DNA of 64,000 nucleotides from Lama glama (Eukaryota): assembly GCA_028534125.1 (NCBI GenBank), contig CM052817.1:24802001-24866000 (forward strand). The letters run 5' to 3'. Below the pieces are notes generated by a model. It ran no database searches. It worked only from the letters and a program-made list of their open reading frames with translations, and had not been told where the DNA came from. The position numbers were made by a program, and so were the translations under genes. Below, in pieces: positions 1-11,145 of this stretch (positions are counted from its first letter, which is position 1; the number at the start of each line of letters is the position of its first letter).

Positions 1-806
1 CTGATACTTGGTCTCAGGCAATTTCCCAAACGTCTGACAGCTGACTTTGACTCACGGGCTCTCTAACGGCTTTCAGAAACTGCGCAGCAATCTAGGATGC
101 TTCTACCCAGCCTTCCTCTTCTGTCCTCTTCATTTGTTGTCTGACGACTCTCCTAGCCCCTTGCCTGGACCCTCCTCATTTTGTCTCAGGTGCTTCCATT
201 AATAGAGTCCTTGAGCATTTAATCCCATTTTGGTGTCTTCTTCTTTGAGGACCCAAATTAACATGTTTCCAACCTCCTTCAAATTCAAATTGTTCTCATT
301 GGAGTCCTTCAGTCATGCATCTCTTCCCCTTCCAGACCCAGAATTCATTTTTGTTCAACCAGTATTGACAAACTGCCCATCTTGTCCCAGGCACAGTGCT
401 GGTGGGAACAGTGATGGACAAGCCAGACGTGGTCTCCTGGAGCATTCATTCTGGGTCAGTCTTCCTCTGCTTTTATCTCACTTTATCAAAATCCTACTCT
501 TTCAAGAGCTCCATCTCAGTTCTTCCTGATTCTACTTAAACCATCCCACCCTGGAGTTCTCCGTTGTCTGCAGAACCTCCCTATTTCTTTGTTTGCATTA
601 CTATTTTGGTACTTACACTGCCTTATGCTACGTTTCTGTTTACATATTATCAGCTTGATTATTAAATGTTTAAGGACAGGAACACTCTTTAATATTTTTG
701 TGTGCTAAAGCACAATTGGCATGCAATAAAAAATGAGATTTATCATTTAATGAGTGCTTATGATTTTCCAGTCAAAGAGATTTTCAGTACTGTGCAAGTG
801 GGTGAA

Positions 807-1297
807 TGTATTAAGCATGTCTTATTTTCTGGATTCTGATGCTTTGACATCTGGGCTTTGCTGACCTGGAGGGACTTCCCCTCCCAGGGTCAGGCAATTC
901 CTAAAGGTAATAAACAAGTCTCTCACCAGTATACTCTTCAACTCTAAGCCACCCAATCCAGAATCCACACCCCAACAGTCTCCTTATCTCACCCTCTTGA
1001 CCACCATCCACCTGCCCTAATCACCCCAAAGCCATGCACTGGACAATTACAGCTGCCCTGTGCCCCAGAGTCTGCTGAGACTATTCAAACTGGCCAATTC
1101 CTGGGACTGTTCACTCTGCCTCACCCACTAATTCCTGCAGAAACAACAGTGAAGATTTGCCCACAGTCCCCTGCTCTCCCTCTCTCTCCTGACTGCCCTC
1201 GGTGTTTGCCCCCAACTTGGGAACCGTAAGAAACAATTTCTTCAATTTGAATCCCAATGTGTTGGTCTTGCTATAACTCAAAATTTCTATTAACACA
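807..1297 (+). mobile_element. Solo LTR, MER39/MER21-like
   Basis: TG...CA ends; tgatgctttgacatctggg...cccctcccaggg...caattccta resembles recalled MER39 consensus. Confidence 0.6.
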
Positions 1298-2169
1298 CTA
1301 TTTTAAAGCCATAAGGAAGGTACCAGATTTTTTTAAAGAGGGAAATGGTATGGAAAAAATTAATAATATCATTCTATATTTGGTAAAAAAAAAAATACAT
1401 ATCCAATTGTTCTAGAACTTCAAATAAAGTAAGATCTGACCCTATTTTCTTGATAGATGGCAATATTCAGACTCTGTAGTGATTTTCTACCAGAGTCAGC
1501 AGTGGAGGAAATGTACGAGGAGGGAGGAGAGAGACTTCTGTGTTTGCCTAAAAGGAGGTGTATTCATTAGGATAGGACTAGGGCATTGAAACAAGGAACA
1601 ATAAGCAAAAAGGAGCTTAAAGAGGATTGATGTGGATTTCTCTCCCATGGAACTGTGTGAGGCGAGTGTTCGAGGCAGTTAGAAGCTCTGCTCCATTGAG
1701 TCGTTCAGGGACTCCTGGCCTTGGCCTCGTCCACATGGTCAAGGCTGGGTCTCCAGCGGTCCTAACCAGGGAAGAGGCATGGAGGAGGCACACCCAGTGT
1801 CTTAGCCAGGAGCCCAGAGTGGCTTGTCTTGTGTTCAGTCACATTCTTTCGGTGAGAAGGACCACAGCTAACTGCAGGCAGCTGGGACATAGAGAATGAG
1901 CAGTCACCCACCCAGTGACCACTTCATTACCATGGAAGACAGAGAACTCATTTAGGGGGAGAGGGGCTGACTTTGCTGCAGTACCATAGACGGGAAAAGC
2001 TAGAGAAAGACAGCCTTGCAGGCATCTCGTGAGATATTATTATTTTCATGTGACAGTTGAGGACCCTTGAACACAGAGTGGTAAAGTAATTCATTAGGTC
2101 ACAGCCTAGTTAAACGTGGAACTGAAACTTGAAGTCAAGACTACGGGATTTTAAAGCTTGTTTTCCCTC

Positions 2170-2690
2170 TTTTTTTCCCTCCAGCTTTATTGAGATACAA
2201 CTGACAAAATTATAAGATATTTAAAGTGTGCAACATGATGATTTTATGTATTACATACACACATACATACCTTGTGGAAGGATCCCCTCCCTCGAGTTAA
2301 CACGTCCATCACTTCACACGCCTACCTTTTTTAGGGGGTGGGGGTGGTGAGGGCATTCAAGTTTTGCTCTCTTAGCAAATTTCAATCATACGGTACACTT
2401 TTATCAACTATAGTCACCATGTTGTACATTAGAGGATCAGCTCTTATTCATCTTATATTATAACTGAAAGTTTGTACCCTTTTACCAACTTCTCCCTATT
2501 TCCTCTACCCTCAACCCCTGGCAACCACCATTCTATTCTGTTTCTTTGAGTTCAACTTGTCTTTTTAATTCTCCACCTGTAAGTGACACCAGAGGTACTC
2601 GTCTGTTCCACCGGGCTAATTTCACTTAGCATAATGCCCTCCAAGTTCATCCACGTTGTCACAAACCGCAGGATTCCCTCCTTTTCCTTG
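2170..2690 (-). mobile_element. L1 3' end fragment (L1MA/MB-like)
   Basis: ctttattgagataca...ttcacttagcataatgccctccaagttcatccacgttgtc is typical antisense L1 3' end. Confidence 0.85.
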
Positions 2691-3642
2691 AATATTTAAT
2701 ACTCTTTACATTCTTTTCTCTCCTTGCTTTTGTTCTTCAGTGAATAAGTCTTGTCTCTCTCAAGTTTGGAGTGGTTGCTCTTATTCTCTCTTTTCTTTCT
2801 TAGGCCTATAATTTACAAAATGTTTATCTATATAGATTTTTGCTTTTCTTCCAGCTCACATATCCCTTATTTGATTTCCCTTATGTTCATTATTCTTGCA
2901 GTTGGTCATCTTTCTTATTTTATCTAAATTATCATAATTCAAACATTGTTTTTCTGTTCTATTTACTGTTTATCATTGTTTTTGTTGTTTTTTTCTTGCC
3001 TTGCTTTTTTTCTAACAATTCATTCCTGTGGGGATATGTTAACTTAGACTAAAGATATTCCTACTTTGATTGAAATCAGTAAAGTCCATGGAATAATAGA
3101 GTATTGACTCTTTTTTAGTTCAGTGTACAAATCAAAATGTCATACAGTAGGGTCATTAAAATCACATAGAGGGTTCCTGGAAATAGCTAAATTGTAAGCA
3201 ATGACATCGTTGCTCATAAAACAGAAGGTAAGCAAGGTGAACTTGAAACATAGGTGCCAACGTGATAAGCAGCCACTTTATTTCCTGGTTTTCACTATGT
3301 AGCCATTCAATATACTTGGACTCTGGTCTGGAGCAATGTTTATATAAATTAATTAGATTAATAAAAAGGAAATAAATTGGATTTCTAAATTACTAATTTC
3401 AAAAGAATATTTTAACTAATGAGAGAAAATTTATTTTCCTGTTACAAGTAGATTTATGCAGACATTGCCCTAAAACTTCAATAGATTATGTAAGTCGAAA
3501 GTAAAAGAAGCTGAATACTATTTAACTCCCCCATACAGTAAATATTTTCTTTCATTTTTTTGGTTCTAATAGTTATAAGATATAAATTATGATTTTTATT
3601 TAAAAAAAATAAAAGTAACAGTAGCAAGTAGATTAATGATAA

Positions 3643-4106
3643 AGTCGTCTCTCAGCTGGCTGAGGGTTGGTCCTAGGACCCCTCGAGGGTATCAAAATCT
3701 GTGGATATTCCAGTCCCTAATATAAAATGGTGTAGTATTTGCATATAACCTACACACATCCTCCCATATACTTTAAATCATCTGTAGATTGCTCACTTTT
3801 TTTGTTTGTGGGGGTAATTAGGTTTATTTATTGATTTATGTTTAAAGGAGGTACTAGGGGTTGAACTCAGGACCTGGTGCATGTTAAGCATGCGCTCTAC
3901 CACTTGAGCTATACCCTCCCCACCTCTAGATTGCTTATAATACCTAATACTGTGTAAATAGTTGTAAATACAATATAAATGCTACATAAATAGTTGGCAG
4001 AGTGGCAAATCCAAGTTTTGCTTTTTGGAAATTTCTGGAATCTTTTTTCAAATATTTGTTGGTTAGATCTGTGATGTGGAATCTGCAGATACTAAGGGCC
4101 AACTGT
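3643..4106. mobile_element. MER2-like Tigger-derived DNA transposon (interrupted by a SINE)
   Basis: ggtgtagtatttgcatataacctacacacatcctcccatatactttaaatcatct; ends gatactaagggccaactgt. Confidence 0.8.
3797..3921 (-). mobile_element. tRNA-derived SINE (camelid vic-1-like), inserted in MER2
   Basis: Reverse complement reads ggggagggtatagctcaagtggtagagcgcatgc...gagttcaacccc with A/B boxes and an A-rich tail; tagattgct on both sides. Confidence 0.85.
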
Positions 4107-6150
4107 GCTCATCTAAGCATCAGTTATGAGCCTGTGGCCACAAGCAGTACAAAACCCAGCTGTTCCAGCCAGGGGGGTTAACTGCTGTAACAGTCAGCTC
4201 CAGCACGTCAGTGCTTGACATAAAAGGTTCATTTTCACTCATGAAATATTTCAATAGAGATATTCCTGGACAGGCAGCCCTCCTGTGTGACTCTCTATCA
4301 AAAAATTACTTGGGCCTTAGGCTCCTTCAACCTTGTGTCTCCACCATCTTCCAGGACATTGAGTCCTCTGATTTCCAGCTTCCCAGATGTCAAGAAACCT
4401 ATGGAGGAGAAGACTGTGTGGGATGGTAGTTAATCAGATCACACATCCAAAGTCTAGACATACAAGAGGTTCTATATGCTGAAGGAAAAGGAGATAGAGG
4501 CAGTTAAATACATAGCTATCACTGCCACTCCAGCCAAAATAAACAGCAAATGATTTTCAAAGTGTTCCTATTTATACCCACTTTCATAGGGAAGTAACCC
4601 TAGAAATGCAAATAGTGACAAGGTACACTAGCATGTTCACGAGTGGCCCATTTTATTATTTGCACATCTGAGTTAAAAGAAGTACCAAATTAAAGCCAGC
4701 TGTTTCATACTGGGGTCCCAAATTTGCAGCCATGACTGCTGGTGTCTGGAGGAGGAAAGCATTTAGCAAGGTAGACAGAGGTACCCCAGGGTAGCCTCTG
4801 AGAGGGTAGCTTCCCTTTGTAATGATACCTATGGTGGCAGAATTTTAAAACCTTCGAGATTGCCATTTAACACTGAGCCTTTTAAAATACCAAAGCCATT
4901 ATAAGCTTTTTAATTCACAGATATGATTATGTCACTCACCTGCTTAAAATTACCAGTGATGTACCATTGTCTACAGGACGAAGTCCAATCAATGCCCTGA
5001 CAATCTAGCCCCTGCTTCCCTGTCTAGATTCATCTCTGGCCCTGCTCTCCATATGCAGGCTTTCCAATCTTCTTGTTCCGAATGCAAATTGTTATTCCTT
5101 GCCTGCGTGCCTCGGCCATTCTGGCTTTCTCCTTCATCTTTGGACTAACATTTATTTATCCTTGAAGATTTTATTTCAGATCCCTCTCCTATTGCATTCA
5201 TTATTTGCTCCAATTATTTATTGGCACTTTTATACAAGTCTGACTTTCTCTCTAAGTTATTCAGTTTCTAATATTGAATGGTGAAAGTCTGGATAGCTAC
5301 TGTGGGTAACAAGCGATACCACATTGTCTAAAATTATTTTGTTCCTATATTTCAAATAGCACGTAGTAAAAGTATGGCTAGCGAGGGCTCTGAGCAATCA
5401 GAGTAGTATGCTAGTGTATACAAATACACACACACCTAATCAGTTCCTGATTCTAGATAGCTAGAATTCAGAACATGAAGGCTACTTGATTAGTTTCATT
5501 TTATAACTTACTTATCTTTATGCTATAGGGTTAATAGCATGAGAACTATAGCAAGACTGCCTGGGTTAAAATCCCAGCTCTACTTGCCTATCAGCCTGAC
5601 TCTCTTCCTCACTTTCCATAGCTGCATAATGGAAATAATAATAGCGCTAGTCTCATTAAGTTGTGAGGATCAGAGCTTTGTCTGTTCTAAAGAGGATGTA
5701 AGGATGTAAGTTGGGGGGTTGTGCCTGTGTGTGTCTGTGTGTATGCATTTCACTCTTCAATTAGCTTGCCTGCTCCCTGGGGGCAGCAGCCATGCCCTGG
5801 ATCTCTTTGTGTGTTTCTGTAATGGCTGGCACAGTGCCAAGTATATGGTGAGCACTTATTGACTATTAATCCCCGCCCCTTTCTCTTGAGAATCCGCACC
5901 ACGCCAGTACCTCTTTATCTATTCCCACGGTGCGGAGCATTGTGCTTGGCTCAATGGTAAATGTGCGTCGGTTGGTTGGACTGTAATTGCTGCCGGCAGC
6001 CATGCCCTCCACCCAGCAGGGAGAGTCACTGACCCATACAACAGGGTTTCAATGATCTTGATCACCCTCCTACCTGCAGATTGGGTAAGCAGCGATGACA
6101 GGCTCTGCCAAGACAGGAAAGAGTAGGCTCATAATAACAGTTTAAAATAA

Positions 6151-6493
6151 CTCACTATTCTCACTAGCAAAAACCTAGAATTATAGCCATATGGAATGCT
6201 TCTAAAGAAAATCATCACTGTCCTCCCTTTGAAAATATTTCTTACATTTAAAAATATGTGAAGGTTGATGAATCTGAATGAATACAAATAATGAACTAAA
6301 CAATTACTGCTACCAGAAAAGAGAAAGCTGACCTAAGAAGACTTTTCATTCTACTCATTCTCAAAGGATATCCTGCGGAAGCTTAATGATGAATTAAAGC
6401 CTCCCAGAAAACTTACTCGAGGATTCAGATGTGGGAGGAGGGTGGTGTCACACTGTGGCAGAATGCATGGTTGGTCTTGGTGACCTTCTTTTA
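6151..6493 (+). pseudogene. Decayed tandem ubiquitin-like domains (half UBL plus a full UBL)
   Basis: One frame from 6151: ...SKNLEL*PYGMLLKKIITVLPLKI...KQLLLPEKRKLT*EDFSFYSFSKDILRKLNDELKPPRKLTRGFRCGRRVV, then a frameshift to HTVAECMVGLGDLLL. Aligns by eye with ubiquitin spacing. Confidence 0.6.
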
Positions 6494-9489
6494 TAACCTC
6501 TTAAAGCATGTTATCTACACCATCCGCTGGGCTATAAGAACTGCTTTGTCCTTTGTGGTTTCTCCCACGGCCCCACCCACGGAGAAGCAAACCCTTAATT
6601 AGAGGAAGAGTTTGCACTCCGCAAATGTGGTGATCTCACTGAGGAAGCGAAGGCCATTCATCAGGCTGAACTAAAACAAAACAAAACGAAACTCTGCACT
6701 GATGCTCACCCATTTAGAGACGAATGTAAATAAACTCTCTAGCTTTACAGTCTCTTCCATACCTTTATCCTGTACGCTTTTATTTTCTGCTGAAAGAAAA
6801 AAAAAATTAGTAACTTCAAGCCCTCCACCATTTCCCATGTAAATGGGTTTTAAGGTGATGAGTTTTTTCTCATCCCCCCAATTTCGGAGCAGCTCATGGG
6901 GAGAATAGATAAGGAGGGGAAACAAAAGCAAAGAAGGACATAAAAATAAATGGCCTGCTTTTCACTCTGTCCCCTTTCCCCATGGCATCTGGACACTTCC
7001 TTTGTAGGTTCTTTTATGGCTGCTTCTGGACTTTCAAAGCTGTCTAGGCTGAGACATAGGTAAAGAGCAGAAAGGAATTGAGCTGCAAATCACAGCAATT
7101 TCCCAGGGAGGGAGTGCTCCGAGATGGGCCATTGATCTTCGTTGTCCTACTAGACAAATAGATTTCTCAACCTCAAAGGAAACTTAGTTCAACAAAGCTT
7201 AGTTTGGGAGGATGCTTTATATCTGTTTCTTTATTCTTTAAAAATATGACCTGCAGTTCCTGAGTATATACCAAGATGAAAGGACTTTGGAAGCACAGAG
7301 AAAGGGCATCCTGGCTTCACACCCTAAAAGCCCAGGAAGAAATCCTGGGCACACAAAATGTATTTGCATACCAGCTCAACAGCATACAGTAGGTAAACTG
7401 GTTGAGTTTCTATATGCTTTTTAAAAAGCAGTGATACTCATTTGTCTTATCAAATTCTCCTATTGCATAAAGCAGTCTCTCCTAAGAATCAATTAAGCAT
7501 GGGGAAATTCAGAATTCTTAGCTCTGTGACTGCAACAATACTGTGTGGTTAACAAAAACTATGACTGTACACAAATAAATAAATCACAAAGCTGATAATC
7601 TGAAAGAGAGACATAGAACAAAGATGCTCTGAGAATTTGTAATCTTGCATTGTAACCTATTTTGATTAGTGAGTTGATTAATTTGTACCTAAATACACCT
7701 GGATTGATTTATTCTCCCATTCTGTCACCCTATTGGAAATGACCAAGTGGGAAGACCCTTGTTGATAGCCATCTTAAAATCAAAGATCTCAGATCCATGG
7801 GGCCTGGAGCTGACCCCTGAGCGTGGTTAGCATCTAGAATCTGCCTGGCAGCTTTTGTAACAAGCTCTACCGTCAAGCTGCTGAGAAGCTCCTGGGGGAA
7901 GAAAATCAAATGAGCACTGTCAATGAGCTTTCATCATTTTATTATTTTTAAATAACTTTTTTATGATTAGAAAAGCTCCAGTGCAGAAAAATTAGACAAT
8001 ATAGATGAGAAGAAAGGTTTTTTTCATAATCCCATTTTCAAAAATAAACAGTCAACCTTCTCACATACATTATATCCATTTGAAACTATTTTTATGTAAA
8101 TAAGGTAAAGTAGCAAGTGCTTCAAGGTTTAATTCTAAAGTCAGCTAATAAGGGGGAAAAACATGTAAACCATCCCTGAACTATCCTTAAATCACTCATA
8201 AGGTTCCGTATCCATGGTTTTATGTTCACAAGTCTGTAAAGTGCTTCCTGTGTATACTAAAGTTTGATATCCACTCAGCCAGACTAAAAGAAAAAACAAA
8301 AGCAATATCTTAAAATAGGAAGGAGGGTGGAGAATTCTAAAGTTGTATTGCTTGCTGGCAGTATCTACTTTGTTATGTTTTAGTATTAAGCAGTTATAAC
8401 CTTGATACATATTAATAGATTGCTTTATTGTGTGGATTAAACATGGTAATGGAGCCACACCTCACTAGAGATTAAATTCTAAACGTGGTGCCTAAGATGC
8501 ATGTATGATGCCATGCCTCCCTCTCTCCCTCTATCTCTGGATATGAAAAAAAAAATCTCAGGTCATATATGCTGTTTTGGAGCCCACTTCTTCCATTTAG
8601 CAAGATATTTTAAGCATTTTCCCAAGATAATCAAATGCTACTCTAAAACGCATATTCTATTTATAGTTACTGTTCAAAGTTTGTTTTAATATAATTGTAT
8701 TTCTGTTGCTGGCCACGGAGAGATGTAACTTATCTATTTGAAATTTATTAATAGTTTGCCCCCCAAAATTTTAATGGGGGCCTTCTTTGTGCCTGGGAAT
8801 TCAAAGGGACTCTATGCTGCTCTGGCAGGAGCTGAAGAATTGAGGCTGCAGGACCTCTATATTGGAGGGCCGAGCTCTCAGGAGCAAAAAAGGAAACATC
8901 TCAACCCCCATATTAAGACGAATACTTCTGTTGTTAATTTCTTACCACCATTCAGCACATTCCATTTTCTAGTCTTTTATTCTTGATGCTCTTTCTGCCT
9001 GAAAGCAGTTTTGCAGCTTCCAGGTATGCGGCAACAGCTAGACCCTAACAAGCTACACAAGGCTGGACTAGATGGAGAAAAGCAGAAGGTGGAGAAATAA
9101 GGCAGTGATGAAAATTTCAGGAATGGCATGGAAGGCATTAGCAGTGAAGTTAAAGAAGAAGGGACTGTGGCAAATTTTAAGATAATAGAGAAGAATTAGT
9201 AGGAATTGGGGGTTAACTAGAGGTTAATATAAACCAGACATCAGCCATGAGATCTAATTGTTGTGATTGCCCTGCCCCTCAAATTCACAGCCTGTGTAGG
9301 CCCAAAGCTCTCACATGATTTCTGCTCATCTTGGAGGGCTGCATTCTCCTGGTTGCCTCTGCTCTCTGACATCTGACTTTCCCATGAACTGCTTCTGCTC
9401 ACACCAGATCACTTCCAGTATGAAACTCATCATCCTCTTTCATTTCCCAAACTAGCTCTCACACAGCTAACTTTTACAAGCACAGTAGA

Positions 9490-9972
9490 TAGAGCAGGTG
9501 GGGTAGGCCGGCCCACCCCACACCATGCCTCCTCCCTTGCCTGCCTCCATTGAAGAAGATAAAAAAGCAAATTATGTCCTTTCACCCCTTGAGTTCAGAG
9601 AGGCCATGTGATGTAAGTAGAAACTTGCTGGGGATGTTTCTAGGAAAGATTTTACCTTCTTAAAAAAGAATGTGCCCATCATTGGTAGTCTTTCTCTTTC
9701 TTCCCTTCTTCCTGCCTTGGATATGGATTTAACATGTGCTGCCCACAGCAGCTCCCTGAGACCACAATGCAGCAAGCATGAGCACAAAAGCCAGCAGACT
9801 AAGGATGGCAAAGTGAAAATAAAGACAGTACCTAGGTCCTTGATGGTGTCACTGATTTGCTGAATCCATGCCAACAACTACGTACCTCTGATTTTAAATA
9901 AAATCACACTTATTTAAGCCACCAGGAGTCTGGTATTCTATGACTTGTAGCCTAATACGTACCTAACAGATA
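9490..9972 (+). mobile_element. MLT1-type (MaLR) LTR
   Basis: ctaaggatggcaaagtgaaa...ggtccttgatgg...ttatttaagccac...ttgtagcc 3' signature. Confidence 0.7.
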
Positions 9973-10951
9973 AAGATTTTGCTGTGATATTCTGGGGGTC
10001 CCAGGGAAGGTGAAGATTACATAACTTTTGCCAGCTTGCTTATCTCCCCTCCTCTCTCTTTTTATCTTCTCCTTTCCTCTTGCATTTCATCATCTCCTCC
10101 AAAAAGCAAAGCAGAATTATCCCCTTGTTTCACACAAAGCATTTGTAACCGTAATGATCTTTCTTACATAAACGTAACTTAGATATCTCTTGCTCCATTC
10201 CAAGTATTCACCACATTTTTTATTTCCAAAAAGGTCAGCTCTCTCTCTAAAAGGAATTCTCGTGCCAGATGTTCAGATAAAAATATTCTCTACTTTCATA
10301 CGTAAAAGATAATGCATTACTTAAAAGGATACCAATGCTTACAGCCCTAGAGACTGAGAAGAGACCATCGCCAGTATTGATGAGGTAATTCTGCATAGCA
10401 GTGAGAATCGATCCCAGGGTTGGCTCCGTCGTCCTGGAGAGCACTGCCTAGCAAGGGCTGAGCAATTCGGCTTGCACTGCCTCCAGACGTGGAAGGTCGT
10501 TTCTGTGGGACTTAGTCAACTGAGCATGCTCCCCATATCTCGCACTCCATTGCATTGTAAACCCTGGGAAAAGGCCATCTGCCTCGACCAGCTTCACCCA
10601 AGACCCTGCCCTGAAGTTGATCAGTCGCAGAAAAATGTGAGTGTCTTCACGGGACTGGGCTCAGAAAGTTCCTGCACTCAGCCAGCAGAGGTCAGCTGCC
10701 AAGAACATCCGAGCCTTGGCTTAAAGAGCTCAAGACAGCTGGTGGCTCTTTCAGAAATATTATTTTGTATGTTTTCTCCTAGAAGTAGAGACTAAGGGGA
10801 ATAAATGAAAGTAAACTTCCTTGCACAAATGTTTTAAATGTCTTTTTTTCCCTATCTTTCTGTGCTAACCTTGTACTCTACCCCTGCATATGAGATCCTT
10901 TGTTAAACCTACCCAGGGCTTTGTTTTTTTTAATACGTTCATTTGTCTAAG

Positions 10952-11145
10952 CTAGTGGTTCTCCATAGGAGTGATCTTTGACCCCGAGGAGACATTTGGC
11001 TATGCTCGCCGACATGCTTGGTCGTCACCCCTGGCAAGTGGGGAGGAATGCTACTGACATCTAGCCGTTACACATCCAACAATACACAGGACGGCACCAA
11101 ACATCAAAGAACTACCTGCCCAAAATATGAGCAGTGCTGGAAACT
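10952..11145. mobile_element. MER20-like hAT-Charlie element
   Basis: agtggttctc...gacatttggc...tgctactgacatctag...cctgcccaaaat. Confidence 0.7.

Noticed and set aside
6500..6660. Possible additional UBL (LSFVVSPTAP...)
   Set aside because: Needs several frameshifts and has too few anchoring residues.
10358..10470. TPR-like look of EETIASIDEVILHSSENRSQGWLRRPG
   Set aside because: Single short match with a gap and no neighbouring repeats; kept only as part of a candidate pseudo-exon.
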